64,000 nt of DNA. It comes from the human T2T-CHM13v2.0 reference genome, Homo sapiens. Location of the stretch: the NCBI RefSeq assembly GCF_009914755.1, contig NC_060926.1; one strand, given 5' to 3'. The translations under genes and the position numbers were made by a program. Shown piece after piece: positions 1 to 13,367 of the stretch. Numbering within the stretch: the stretch's first letter is position 1; each line of letters begins with the position of its first letter. The notes beneath the pieces are model-generated. The model made no database searches. It had not been told where the DNA came from and saw only the letters and a program-made list of their open reading frames with translations.

Positions 1-459
1 ACTAACCATTTGACTCTATAAAAGGACCAACTAAACAACAAGAATAGAAGTAGAAAATAATGAATTTATTAAAGGAAAATAAACTAATAGAATCTGTCCC
101 AGAGTTGGTTAAGAACAGAAGAGTTGAGGTGGGGGTTGGGGAGAAAGTTAAACTTCCAGCAAATCTAATCCCCAAAGTGCAGAGACACCCAAATATAAAA
201 AAATTAGAAATATGGGAAAGCTTATATAAAACAACAAATGGTAAGAGATAAAATCTGTTTAAATGCCTCTAGGCCCATATGTTTTTAGGATAATTCTTTT
301 AAACTTTCAAGGAAATAATAATACCTATAATAAAGGATAATTGTCTACACATTACTCATTATGTGAATAGTCTTAAAAGACAAATTTGGCTGTTTTATCT
401 CTCTTAATTGACTTTCTTTCTCTACTCCTGTCTTTGGAAATTCTAGCCAATGTATTTAG

Positions 460-1075
460 ACAATTAAAAGGCAAGAGAAGGAGTTTTGGAAGTCTTGGAG
501 GGAGGAAGATAAACATAACTTTTAAAACATGATCTACTGGTTTCTACTTAGAAATTTTGAGAAAATTAAGTAAAAAACTATAATCACTAGCATTTTCTTA
601 TTAATGTTATTTTAATACAAAATAAACATTCAAAGCTAATAGCATTTTTACATGCCTGAAATAGCATATATTATGTAATCAGGGAAAACAGCATTCACAA
701 TTGCAATACAAGAAATAAAACAGTAAGGAACAACTGAACAAGAAATTAGGAGGACTTGCCTACATGATTAAAAATGCAGCATTTTATCATTTTATAGATG
801 GAACATAAAAGAATATGTGTTTTAGTGAAATTTCAAAAGATGTTCCTAAATAGAAACACTCAGTATTAAAAATGTTATTTCTCTTAGATTAATATACAAG
901 TTTAATATAATACCAATTAAATTACCAAATATCCTAAAACTTGTCAAAACATGTCTAAAATTTCTGTCAAAAATGCTGGAAACAGTTAGCCAAGAAAAAA
1001 TTGAATAGAAGAAAAAAGAGCCATTTCCTTGTAAGTATTAAAATATATTATAAAGATAGAGATTATTAGTATGTC
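460..1075 (+). mobile_element. Old, degraded L1 ORF2 fragment (L1M-type)
   Basis: A-rich sequence resembling the L1 ORF2 3' half (aatagcatttttaca..., caattgcaatacaagaaataaaa, ttaatatacaagtttaatataataccaatt); boundaries approximate. Confidence 0.5.
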
Positions 1076-1099
1076 AACAAAATTGCTGACTAGGGGCTC

Positions 1100-2543
1100 C
1101 TAGCACTAATTCCCGTACAAAAGGGCCAAAATATAAAATAAATAGCTACATTTTGACTAGCGTGTCTGAAGGAGGGCGCTGGAGTGCAGCATGGAAATGA
1201 TGGAATCCCTGTGGAGCACAGAAACCCAGGATGGCAGCATAGAGAGGGGAGGAAATCACCCTTTCTCTGTCACTCTGTTTCCCCCACCAAGATTGACTTG
1301 GAGCCAAGAGAAACTTCTCTTTGCAGGGAAAAGGTAAGCAGAAGGCCTCTGCCACCTTCATTATTACCACAGACACCTGCAGTTCTTGCTACAGAAGAAA
1401 GCTGCAGTCCTCACAGGTCCTGAGCCCAGTTTGGGGAGCAGCCTGGAGTTCTCATGGCTATATTGCTCCAGTGCAGGAAACTACATTGTGCATACCCTTA
1501 TCCCCTATGACCCATGCTGCTACATCATGCCACTGTCTTGGAATTATAGCTACTGCTAGAGTGAGTCCTGTTCTGGGGGCCAGTAGCCACTGCATCTCTC
1601 CATCCCCAATGCTTTCCCGTCATTTCACCATGTTCATACAGGTGGCTACAACTCCAAAATCCTGGTTACTTAGAGTATGGGCCCTATGAAATTACTGTGA
1701 TCCTGGTTCCCAAATGCACATGGTGCCCTGCTTCCTGTATGGACAGGCAGTCCTGCACAACTGGGGAAGCTTTCCCTAGCCAGCAGACCTACTCTGCTCA
1801 CCCTCATACCCATGAGGGTGTACATACTCACCCTCATCCTGAGAACCAGCCCAGTAGCCCTGCACCTGGCAAGACGACACCCCTTTTCCATTGGACCTAC
1901 TGTGTGTGCACACACACCCTTGGCCTGAGAACCAACATGGTAGCCCAGCACCCTGCAAAGCCATGCCACTGCCAGTACAAACTCCTGCAGCCTAGGCCAC
2001 TGAGACACTCAAAGATACTGCAGATGTGGATTGTAGCTGAAGAAACTGCATGAAGACTACACTTCTGTCTCTGTCTAGAACCAAAGCCAACATACCTTAT
2101 CCAACTGACATGCTAGGATGCATCTACAGAAAAAGTCTTTCTCTAATAAAGCTACTTCATAAAATTAGAAGAGGTGACTGTTGCACCAGAAGTGCAGCTA
2201 TCAACATAAGGACACAAGAAACATGAAAAAACAGGAAACATGAAAAAACAGGAAACATGATACCTCAAAGGAGCACAATAATTCTCCAGTAACAAACCTC
2301 AAAGAAAATAAGATTTGCTAAATGCCTGAAAAGGAAGGAATCCAAAATAATGATCTTAAGGAAACCCAGCTAGATACAAGAGAATACAAGCAAATAATTT
2401 AATGAAATCAGAAAAACAATTTATGATCTGAATAAGAAATTCAACAGATAGATATTATAAAAAAGAACCAAAGAGAAGTCTGAGCTTAATAATTCAATGA
2501 ATGAAATAAATGCAATTGAGAATTCAACAACAGAATTCAACAA
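1100..2543 (+). mobile_element. L1 5' UTR and start of ORF1 (older L1M/L1P-type)
   Basis: GC-richer UTR-like block followed by ORF1 N-terminal motifs (gaaacatgatacctcaaaggagcacaataattctccagtaac; ataatgatcttaaggaaa). Confidence 0.65.
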
Positions 2544-2545
2544 TC

Positions 2546-3545
2546 TAGTGATCATTATATAATGACCTTCTTTGTCTCTTCTTATAATTTTTAACTTGAA
2601 GTCTATTTTATCTGATGTAAGTGTAGCTACTCCTGCTTGCTTTTGTTTTCCATTTGCATGGAATATCTTTTTTTCATCTCTTCACTTTTCGTGTATATGT
2701 ATCCTTACTGGACCTACTGTGAGTCAGTGAGTAAGTGAGTCTCTTTTAGGCAGCATATAGTTGGTTCTTGTTTTTTTCTTTTAATCCATTTTGCCACTGT
2801 ATGTCTTTGAATTAGAGAATTTAATCCATTTACATTCAAGATTATTATTGATTGGTAAGAACATGACTCCTGACATTTTGTTATTTGTATTCTGGTTGTT
2901 TTGCAGATCCTTTGCTTCTTTCTTTCTCTCTTGTTTACTTTTGTGGTTTGGTGGTTCTCTGTAGTCCTAAGCTTTGATTCCTTTCTCTTTTTATTGTGTA
3001 TCTGCTGCAGTTTCTATCATTGTGGCTACCATGAGGCTAAAATAAAGACTTTTATGGTTATAATAGGCTATTTTAATCTGATTACAATTTAACTTTGGTC
3101 ACATAAAAATACCCTTGACTTTTATTGTCCCCCTAACAGTTTATACTTTTGTTGCCTTAATTCACATCATTATACATTGCGTGTTCTTTAATAACCAATT
3201 GTGTCTGTAGTTATTTTTGACCATTTTGACCTTTAAACTTATTACTAGAGTCTTGAAAGATTTACATAGCGCCATTTCAGAATTGAGATATTCTGAATTT
3301 GATTTTGAATTTATCTCTACTGGTTAGTTTTCACATGTTTTTATGATGGTAATTATCACCCTTTCACTTTCAGTTGCAGCATTTCCTTAGGGATTTCTTG
3401 TAAGGCTGGTCTAGCAGCAATGAATTCCCTTAGTTTTTGCTTGTCTGGAAGGGACTTTATTTTTCTTACATTTCTGAAAGATAGTTTTGCTGGGTATAGT
3501 ATTCTTGGATAGCAGTTTTTATTTTTGTTCAGCACTGAATATAAT
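2546..3545 (-). mobile_element. Inverted L1 segment (ORF1 end, inter-ORF region, ORF2 endonuclease start)
   Basis: Antisense L1 motifs cattatataatgaccttctttgtctc, aagtgtagctactcctgct, ttctgaaagatagttttgctgggtatagtattcttgg. Confidence 0.75.
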
Positions 3546-4412
3546 ATCCTTTGTTCATGAATTGGAAGAATTAATATTGTTCAAATGTCCATCCTACTGA
3601 AAGCAACTTACAGATTCAATGCAATCCCTACTAAAATACCAATGACATTATTTTGACAGAAAGAGAAGAAACAGTCCTAAAATTTGTATAGGACCATAAA
3701 ACACCCTGAATAGCCAAAGCAATCTTGAGAAAAAGACCAAAAGGCCCAAAACCAAAAACAAAGCTGGAGGTATCACACTACCTGACTTCAAAATATACTA
3801 AAAAGCTATAGTAATCAAAACAGCATGATGTTAGCATGAAAACAGGCACATAGATCAATGGAGCAGAATAGAGAGTCCAGAAATAAGTCCACAAATCAAC
3901 AGCCAACTGATATTTGACAAAAGTGCCAGGAACACACATTAAACAAGTAACAGTCTCTTCAATAAATGGTGATAGGAAAATTGGATATCCACATGCAGAA
4001 GAATGAAACTAGACCCCTATCTTTTAACATATTCAAAACTCAACTTGAAATGGATTAAAGACTTAAATATAAGCCTGAAACTATGAAACTACTAGAAGAA
4101 AACATAGAGGAATTGCTCATGACATTGGACTGGGCAAGATGTTTTGGATAAGATCTCAAAAGCACAGACAACAAAAGTTAAAATAGACAAATGGAATTAC
4201 ATCAAACCAAAAAGCTTCTGAACAGTAAAAGAAACAATCAACAGAGTGAAAACATAATCTACAGAATGGGAGAAAATATTTGTAAACTGTGCATCTGACA
4301 AGGGGTTAATATCCAGAATATAGAAGGAACTCAAACAGCTGAATAACAAACAAACAAACAAAAAACAAAAAACAGAACAACAAATAATTTGATTAAAAAA
4401 TGGACAGAAGAC
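3546..4412 (+). mobile_element. L1 ORF2 3' portion
   Basis: Sense L1 ORF2 motifs ttggaagaattaatattgtt, acagattcaatgcaatccc, aaatggattaaagacttaaat, ctacagaatgggagaaaatatttg. Confidence 0.85.
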
Positions 4413-4719
4413 ATTGCTTCTGGGATTCAGACAATATCCTGTTTTCTTGATGAGGTGAAAGTGTTACAGATATTTGCTTATGATAATTCATTAACTTGAT
4501 ATTTCTATTCTATACTGTTTGGTACATGTGTGTTATATTTCACAATCATTTTTTAAAAAAATATCATTTAGAATAAAGAACACTCCTTGAATGTTAGAAT
4601 TTACTAAGCTCATGGGACAAAGTCCACTGAGACTATAAATTGATGAAATTTGTGAATGTGTGTAGAGGCAAGATAAGGGAAAGAGAGGGAAAGGGTGGGG
4701 GTTACATTTGGTGAAGCAG

Positions 4720-4930
4720 AAATATCACTGGATTTGGTGTTAGAAATCTAGAGTTCATATTTCATTTCTTCCTCTAATTAATTTGGGCAAGTCACTCAAT
4801 CTATCTGAACTTCAGTTTTTGCATCCTTAACATGAGGATAATAGCCCCTCCCCTTTTCCTGCCTTGTAAGATTGTTTTGAAGATTCAAAGACTGAAGGAT
4901 AAAATGCATAAAATACTTTGTGAACTGTCA
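4720..4930 (+). mobile_element. MIR SINE
   Basis: Core ttgggcaagtcactcaatctatctgaacttcagttttt. Confidence 0.6.
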
Positions 4931-5216
4931 AGTTCTTTGCTAGTGTTACTAGGAGTAGAAATAGCATTTGTGTACCTGATGATGTTTGGTAATGCATGTG
5001 TGTCCCTTTACAATGGTTGTCCTGGAAGGCCACTTGCCCCTTGTGGTCTCTCTCCAGGGAAAGAAAAAAGTAGATTAACATTTGCCTAGGGGGCTATTTC
5101 TGGTAATCAAAAGGTATTCGAGGCTCGAGAGTACGATGCACTTGTAATCCAGATGTTAACAAATTTGAAAGTTTGTAGAATTTTCATTGAATATTGATGA
5201 TATTGGTTTTTTTTAG

Positions 5217-5346
5217 GTACCACTCTGATTGTGGACTGCAATGTAACAGACACCAAGGATAATACAAATCTACGATGCTGGAGAGTCAATAACACTTTGG
5301 TGGATGATTACTATGATGAATCCAAACGAATCAGAGAAGGGGTGGA
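5217..5346 (+). CDS. IL1RL2: IL-36 receptor coding exon (exon 7 of the recalled 12-exon model), first half of Ig domain 3
   Basis: ttttag|GT acceptor, GA|gtaggt donor; 130 nt; translates (G)TTLIVDCNVTDTKDNTNLRCWRVNNTLVDDYYDESKRIREGV(E), matching recalled IL1RL2. Confidence 0.97.
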
Positions 5347-6144
5347 GTAGGTGTTTTGCTTTTTTGACTTCTCTAAACGCTAGCAAGGATTTCTCCATCT
5401 AAGTGAATCTGGTATCACTACTGCCTTCTCCTCTTGTTTTTGCCTCTCAATGATTCATGTTATCAATCCCACCTATCACATAGTTAGGGAGATATGGTAA
5501 AAGACCAGGTATCCCTGAGAGCAGTAAGATCCATTTCTCTTAGCTACTACTCAAAATTAGTCCCATTTCCATTCAGTTATATCATGAGCCATCGGCCTTC
5601 AAAGCTTAATGCCCCGGGCATACAAAGCAAACACTGGAAATGACACAAATGTGTATATTGCAACAGTAGAAGAAAGAAATAGTAGTATAGTTCTTTGCTA
5701 TACTAAACAAGCACCAATGGGGACTCTTAGGGAAGACAGTGCATAATCATTAGCTAATTGAATGGGTATAAACTCAAGTTATGGTGGTATAAATGGAGTG
5801 GTGTAAATAAAACTAATGAAGTCAGAGGGCAGGAGAGCTTGTGTTGGGCCTCGCAGTATGGATAAGTTAGGATACTTGGAGAGGAATAGGGGAAAGGCCT
5901 TTGGGGCTGAGAATGGTGTCTGTAGCTAACAGAACCATACTTCCTTGTCACCATGCAGAAGAAAATGCAAATTTGGGAATATACAATCTACAAACCTCAC
6001 TGGGCCAGTCAGCAAAGTATTTTTAGGATAACATGATGGCCCAAAGTGTTCTCAAAGAAAACACTTTATCTCCAGAAAACAGATTATAAAATATGTTGGG
6101 TAAATCTGACTCATGTATTAATGACTTACTCTTTTCTTTTATAG

Positions 6145-6281
6145 AACCCATGTCTCTTTTCGGGAACATAATTTGTACACAGTAAACATCACCTTCTTGG
6201 AAGTGAAAATGGAAGATTATGGCCTTCCTTTCATGTGCCACGCTGGAGTGTCCACAGCATACATTATATTACAGCTCCCAG
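6145..6281 (+). CDS. IL1RL2: IL-36 receptor exon 8, second half of Ig domain 3
   Basis: tttatag| acceptor, CAG|gtaata donor; 137 nt; THVSFREHNLYTVNITFLEVKMEDYGLPFMCHAGVSTAYIILQLP; phase-2 entry matches the preceding exon. Confidence 0.97.
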
Positions 6282-6943
6282 GTAATACTCCAGTGGGTTA
6301 CACACTGTTCAGAGTGTTCAAAACGATGGCCAGGAAACACATCTGAAGGAGCAGTGACTCTAAATGCTCAGTGTGAGGCATGAGGGTGATATTAAAGGGA
6401 CAAACTCAGTATGAAATCTAGGGAAAATCTCATGCAACAGCTCATAATGTTGTTGGAGTGAGGCTGTGATTTTATTGCAGTATATTTTGAAAGTGCCATA
6501 TTTTCAATACATCCAGATTTTATACATCAAAACAGAAAGAAAACAAAAGCTTTTCTTTATTAAGCGTGATTGCCAAATGTTTTGCTTTTGATTTTCAACT
6601 TTTAGATTTAGTATAAATAATTTGATATAAAGCCAAAATGCCTATGTATATTTTTACCATGGAACTTTGTAAAATTATCTGTAGAGGCTGAATTCTGATA
6701 TTTAAGCAGGAGGGCTTCCAACTCAATGTGTGTATACGAATTGCACTCTGAGTACCGTACAGAACTAATTGATTATGCATTGGAAGTAATAAAGTCAGTG
6801 AAAAGATAGTGGAGGGTGAAGCCAGAATCAGGAGAACAACTTTAAATTCGTAACCTATCAGGGGAGGTGTGTGAAATACCTTGCAAAATGCTGTGTGGTT
6901 TACCAAGACAGTTGTTCTTGATTCTATTAATATCATTAGTGTA

Positions 6944-6966
6944 TGTGTGTGTGTGTGTGTGTGTGT
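6944..6966. repeat. (TG)n microsatellite
   Basis: About 11 TG units seen directly. Confidence 0.9.
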
Positions 6967-7919
6967 TTGCACACGCACGTGTGTGGCTAGCTACATGCAA
7001 GAGAGAGGACTTGAATTTGCTGATGTCCTTTAATGATCAGTTAAACCTATGCTTGCATACATCAAGCTAAAGCCCCACCAAATATTTTTCTAGAACCTAA
7101 CAGAAAACACAGTGGTTGCTGTATGGAGTTAGCAATCGTGCCTTTGCCCCTGCCAAGCTCCTGGCCTCCTAAGTGCCCGTTACCTCCCTTAGAATTGCAG
7201 TGAATAGGGATCTGTGCGTGGCAGCTTGCAGCTCTGGGTGTGCACATTCTCTGCTTCACTTCTGTGTCCTGAAGGCCAGTGTCGTTCTGGCCTCAGCTGC
7301 CTTAACTGTGAGTGAGCACAGCACCCTCTACTCACCCTGAGCACATGGGGAATCCTTCTTGGGTTGCAACATGTGGAAGGACCCTTGGGTTCATCTGTCA
7401 CCACTGCCCATTTTTTCTCTTCTCACTGGCTTTTCTTTGTCATAAAGCATCCTTCTCCATCACTTTCCCCCAGTCAGTCTTGTGTTTGCCATCTCTCTCT
7501 CTCTGGTACCTCTAAGAGGTTCATCATCTGTGCTGCTTTTCTTTCTGTGTCCTCATCCCTCAAATCTCTTTCCCCTTTATGGCATCAACTGTCATTCCTG
7601 AGCAGGTGCAAACAGGTTCCATATATTGAGCTGTATACTGTCTTCCCCCATGACAGCTCTGCGTTTCCAGCTGTGTAAGGGACTGCAGATACACTGGCTG
7701 ATGTCAGAAAGCATGTTTAAACTCTCCAACCTCCTGGTTCTGTTTTTTCTTACCTTTGTTAGTGGGACTCCTGTATCTTCCACGTTGTTCAGGCTCAAAA
7801 TCTGGGGTCATTTTATGCCTTCCCTTATCCTCCCTCATGCCAACACCCAATGAGTTGCCAAGCTCTGTGGATTCCTCCCCTCCTGCCCATTCCCACTAAC
7901 GAGCTGGATGGTAGGGTGA

Positions 7920-8090
7920 CTCCTGCCCTACACTTTAAGGTCAGGTTTTCAGGCTCAGATCCTATCTTGTCCACTTAGGAGCTGGGTGAGGACAGCACTG
8001 TCACTCAACCTCTCTGTGCCCATGTCTCCTCATCTGGGAAATGAGGAGGATAGCGACTTCCTTCCACGACTGTTGTAAGAATCAGCTGGA
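7920..8090 (+). mobile_element. MIR SINE
   Basis: gtcactcaacctctctgtgccc...ctcctcatctgggaaatgagga core. Confidence 0.6.
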
Positions 8091-8094
8091 ATTT

Positions 8095-8760
8095 TCTTTT
8101 ATACTTTTTTATTGTGGAATATAATGCATATATGTGTTATAACATATGCACATATATGGTAAAGGAACACAGAATTTCTACATCACATAACAAGTCATTG
8201 TATAGCAAACACTCATGAAACTACCACCTGGATTAAGAAAAATGCATTGCCTGAAAAACTCCTGGATGTTCTTCCCTGATCCTCCCCTCCTGATAATCAT
8301 CCCCCCAACTTTTAGGAAAGTCGTTTCTTTGATTTTCTATCTATGCTGATAGTCCTAATAATACAATTTATTTTTGCCTGTTTTTGAGTTTTATATTAAG
8401 AGAAGTATATAGTATGCTTTATTTTCTTAGGTGTGGGGGCTTATCAGTGTATCACTGATATAGCATGTAGCTTAGTTCATTAATTTACGTTGCCGTATCC
8501 TAGTCCATTGAATAACTAGGTCACAATTTATCCACTGGGCTATAAATATGTGGTTTGCATTGTTTTGAGTTTGGAACTCTTAACAAAGAATACTGCTATG
8601 GAAATTCCTGCTTGTGTGTCTGTGTACCCATGTAGAGGCATCCCTCCAGGATATATCATGAAGAGTAGAGTTGCCAGGTAAGAGTCTGTCATTAACATTT
8701 CTATATAATGCCATACTGTTCTACAATGTGATTCACCGATATTTACTGATAGGCGATGAA
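8095..8760 (-). mobile_element. Old L1 (L1ME/MD-type) 3' end
   Basis: Antisense L1 3' motifs cacaatttatccac, aagaatactgctatggaaattcctg, tgccatactgttctacaatgtg. Confidence 0.55.
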
Positions 8761-10396
8761 ATGGAAACTCCCGGCTTGACATTCAGGGCCTCCTGATCTA
8801 CTTGTTCCCACTCATTTCCCAGTTGTCACCTTCATCTACCCCACAGAACAGAGAGCCAGATCAGAGACAAAGGTGGGTCTTTTGTGAGCTCATATTGTGA
8901 TGAAGTAGGTGAGTTTGAGACAAGTGCAGAAATGTGCGGTAGGTCAGTGAGGACAGGTTGAAAACCTGTTTTCACCCAAGCAGAGCCTGCTGGCGTTTCC
9001 TCCCTTCTGACTTTCCATTGGCTTACAGCAGAAATGCAGCCTCGCTTAGGCCAGAGACAGAGACTCAGGGTCCACCCCAGAGAAAAGAGAAGCTGTTGTA
9101 AGAAGCCTTGGAGAGTCCAGGAGACCTGAAGTGGTTACAACTTAAATCTGTCCCAACCTAGAAGTTTGAGTTCTTTACTGAATAATATAGACTGAAGCTG
9201 ACCAATAGCGATTTCCATCCCAATACTGACTTGTTGAACTTTTTGAAAGCACTGTGTTCCGAAGGATTCTGAGGCCAAGTCCAAGCTCAGAGGAGCTAAT
9301 GCTGTGACCAGTTAGTTAACACCTGTCAAGCTTGTGGAGGGATGGAGTCCTTTATCCCCTTTGTTTTAAGCTCATGCTTCTTAAATCCCTTAGTTCCTGG
9401 CAATGCTCATTTTATCTCAAATGTAGAGTATTTTGGTTCTGTTGACTTAGTTTTGTTTGTCCTGAGTTCCTAGGAACTTCACCCTTTTAAATCCAAACCT
9501 CTTGTTGGTTTACTTGGGGACAGAGCTAAGGTTATAGCTTCTCCATTTGACTTCCTTATGTTTGTTAAAGACACCTCCAGATTTGAATCTTATTTGGTTT
9601 TTCTGAAGCAGGGTCTCTAGAAGGTTGTTTAAATTGGGTGTGCTCTTCCGTGAATTCGCGTATTACTTATGCTCACTCACCATCTCAGTTGAAGGCTGGT
9701 AGTAGTCAAATGACTCAGATGGTGAATACCACCATTAACCTTTAACAGGACATCTAGTACATCAACAGTGGGCTCCCCATTTATTTCTATTTCAAAACCC
9801 TGAGTCCCTCTGAATGTATTCATTGATGTCCTGTTTCCAATTTCATTCTCTTTTAGCTCGTTTACAGAGCAGAGGGCATCAGTACTCTCGAAGGCAATGA
9901 GTGAAGAGCCCGAGAATTTTAGAGCATCACTCCTGTCTATGTGCCAGAGGCTTTCTGAGCCTCATTAGTATTGTGGGCATGGTCTTCTTATCAGGACAGT
10001 TAACAAAACCAAGATCTCCAAAACAGACACTAAATATTCCCAGACACGAGTCGTCCCAAAGGGAGAGGTGGCAATGTTACCCCTAGAAAGAATTATAACA
10101 AAGGGCAAAGAAGAGTAGAGGATGAGGAAGCAGGAAGGATCTGTCTTATGATTGAAGTGAGAGGTTCTCACAAGTGCCCAGGATTGGATTGGGCACCGGT
10201 GTGTGGTGCAGTGCGTCTATACTGGCTGCATTGGGACTTACTCAATGAATTAATTTTTTTGGCACCAAATGTGTTCTTAGTTATTGTGCCATGTATTTAA
10301 AGATGTGCAATAGTAAATGAGAAATCTTGGGCCTCAAGATGTTTACAACACGGCGTGGCCTAGGGCAGGTGGCAATAAGCTCTTTAATGAGTATTT

Positions 10397-11153
10397 TATA
10401 GCCACTGTGGAAAACATTATAGTGGTTCCTCAAAAAACTAAAAATATAACAACCATATGATCCAGCAATCCTACTGCTGGTTATATACCCAAAAGAAAGG
10501 ACATTAGCATATTAAAGAGATATGTGAACTCCCATGTATATTGCAGCACTGTTTACAATAGCCAAGATGTAGAATCAACCTAAGTGTCCATCAATGGATG
10601 AATGGATAAAGAAATTCTGTCATAGATGTACAATGGAATATTATTCATCCATAAAAGAGAATGAAATTCTGTCATTTGCAGCAAAGTGGATGGAACTGGA
10701 GGCCATTATGTTAAGTGAAATAAGCCAGGCACAGAAAGACACATATTGCATATTTTTACTCATTTGTGAGAACTAAAAAAATTGATCTCATGAAGGTAGA
10801 GAGAAGAATGGTGGTTACCAGAGGCTGGGAAGGGTAGTGGTGAAGCGGGGATAAAGAGAGGTTGGTTAATGGGTAAAAGAAAAAAATACAGTTTGATAGT
10901 AGGAATGAGATCTAGTGTTTGGTAGCACAACAAAATGACTATAGATAGGAATAATTTATTGTATAATTCAGTATAACTAGAGGAATGAATTTGGAATATT
11001 CCCAGCACAAAGAAATGATGAATGTTTGAGGTGATGGTTATCCCAATTGCCCTGATTTGATCATTACACATTGTATGCCTGTGTCAAAATATTACACATA
11101 CCCTATAAATATGTGCAACTATTATGTACCTATAAAATTTTTTTAAAATTAAA
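10397..11153 (+). mobile_element. L1MA-type 3' end (ORF2 C-terminus and 3' UTR)
   Basis: catatgatccagcaatcc, ggatgaatggataaagaaa; ORF 10594-10776 (MEYYSSIKENEILSFAAKWMELE) is typical of translated L1 3' sequence; tail ccctataaatatgtgcaactattatgt. Confidence 0.9.
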
Positions 11154-12161
11154 GTGCTCTAGAGGCTCAGAAAAAAAAACCCTCTTCCTCCCCTCCTCTG
11201 CCCACCCCACCATCCAGTGAGGACTGGAGGATGAGGAAAGGGCTGAAGAAGGAAGTGGTGTGTGAGGTGGGTTTTAAGAATGGGGAGGACTTTTCTTCCT
11301 GTCTCTCTCTTCCCCTTTTCTAATTCTTTCCTTCCTAGAGGGTCTTCTTTGGTGGTATGGGTTTGGGCTGCGGTGAGGCAGAAGCCAAGCTGTTCCTTTT
11401 CTTGGATGTGTAGGAACATGTTTTCAGGGACTTGAGGTTCCAGAGGAGCTGGTTCTGCTCCTTGGCCATCTCCTGCCCACCACTTAGGCTCATAATTACT
11501 CTGCAATGTACTCATGAAACAGGCTAGGGTGTAAACATTCTTTCTGAGACTGTGCCTCTCGCACAGGCACCCAGCCTGGAAATCAATGGCACAGAAAGGA
11601 TGAGGTGAGAGTTTGGCTCTTGGCCTGTCTTGTGGAGCCAGCCATGCTGGCTTCCAGAGGGGACAACTGTTGGCTCTTTAAGGATGATGGGAGTCCAGCT
11701 GTTCAACTTTGAATGGCTGGGAAAGCAGTTACAATATGATTGTAATCAAGAAAGGGCAGCAGAACCAGCTGGAGAAGGTGCCCCATGAACATACTCAGGC
11801 GCCACCTCTGGACAGTCTCATGTTGACTCAGCAGAACCTGGACGTGTGTGTTTTGAAAGCAGTTCTCGTCCAGTTGGGTCCATGCTGCGTCTACCACCGG
11901 AAACTAGGGCTCTGCAGACTTTTACTCGTATAAGTTCCCAGGAGCTGACTTGTTTCCTAACAATCATGGTGCAGATCAGATTATTCTGCTCCCATACCAC
12001 TTTTTTGACTTTAAAGAAATGTTTAAGCAGTGCCCTCATTGACATCCAAAACCTTTCCATTTGGCATTCATAATGTGATCTGTATTAGTAAAGTATATAA
12101 TGGACTCTTTGTTTCATTATTATAATTATAATTATTATTATTTTTTTGCTGTCATTTGTAG

Positions 12162-12305
12162 CTCCGGATTTTCGAGCTTACTTGATAGGAGGGCTTATCG
12201 CCTTGGTGGCTGTGGCTGTGTCTGTTGTGTACATATACAACATTTTTAAGATCGACATTGTTCTTTGGTATCGAAGTGCCTTCCATTCTACAGAGACCAT
12301 AGTAG
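12162..12305 (+). CDS. IL1RL2: IL-36 receptor exon 9, transmembrane segment
   Basis: tttgtag| acceptor, TAG|gtaagt donor; 144 nt, phase 1-1; (A)PDFRAYLIGGLIALVAVAVSVVYIYNIFKIDIVLWYRSAFHSTETIV. Confidence 0.97.
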
Positions 12306-12876
12306 GTAAGTGTGTGTAATCACTGAAAAATGCCTCAAAATTGGTATCCTCTTATACATATACAACGATTTCAAATATACTTTGTCATATTTTACTACGT
12401 TGTTGGCAAATTTAGGGAAAGGAATCTCCTTGGAACTGCCTGTGCTTTAGAGAAATGATTTGTCCCTAATCACCAGCATCATTTGGTCAGATAAGGCTTG
12501 CAGGCTCGTAGTGATTGAGGAAATATTTGCTAAGCTGCAGGAGGAGATCATCTTCTAAGTCCTGCTGCAACCATGTTACAAAAGTTTCCACGTCCATCCT
12601 CCGTCCACTGCGGGAAAGTTTCTCCGAAACCAAAGTGCTCTCCATCCATGATGTGTGCTCAGCACAGTGGGTACTTTCTCAGAATCTGGGTCATGGAGAG
12701 GGATGAGCTGCCTGCGGTTGGAGCTCTCTCTAGGCCCTGTACTTGGTGCCTGAAGGGATTTAAGTCTTCAACTCTCAGATATGGAGAGAGATCAAACCAA
12801 GTTTGAATGTGACTTCTCCACTTACTCCCTATGTAAACTTAGAAAGATGTTTAACTTTCTTCTATTTCTCAGCTAT

Positions 12877-13088
12877 AGAAAGGAATAGAGGAAGGAAGGA
12901 AGGAGACAGGGAGGGAGGAAAGAAAGAGAGAGAGAGGGAGGAAGGAAAGGAGAGAGGGAGGGAAAACGGAGGGAAGAAGGGAGTTTCGTAGAAAAGAAAC
13001 TAAAGAAAGCAGGGGAGAGAGATGGAGGAGAAGGGAGGAAGGGAAGAAAGAAGGAAGGGAAGAAAAAAGAAAGAAACAAAGAAAGGGA
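12877..13088. repeat. GA/GGAA-rich polypurine low-complexity tract
   Basis: Near-continuous purine run of ggaa/gaga/aaag units. Confidence 0.9.
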
Positions 13089-13343
13089 CAGTGATTAAAT
13101 CCTGCTTTTTGACAGTGGGAATAACTGAGTTGAAGTACAGGGAAGCATTCAGCGGGGCCTGGGCCACAGGGCGGCCTCTATTGCTTGTCTGGAGGTCAAA
13201 ACAAATCCCCAACACCACAGCTGTGGGTTTTAGTCTGTGGGCCTATGTCCTGCCAGTGCTGTTTGGCATAGAAATGCCTCAGTGTGATCCTGACTCTCTG
13301 AGAGCCTGGCATTTCCCACCATGGTGCTTGTGACTATGCTACT

Positions 13344-13367
13344 TTTGTTTTGTTTTGTTTTGTTTTG
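13344..13367. repeat. (TTTTG)n microsatellite
   Basis: About 5 units seen directly. Confidence 0.85.

Noticed and set aside
2218-2260. 17-bp tandem duplication gaaacatgaaaaaacag; also an 11-bp cccattgcctt repeat at ~22993-23033
   Set aside because: Ordinary slippage duplications in or beside L1 remnants
5345-5350. In-frame TAG immediately after the exon 7 donor
   Set aside because: It would truncate within Ig domain 3; stops inside donor consensus sequences are common
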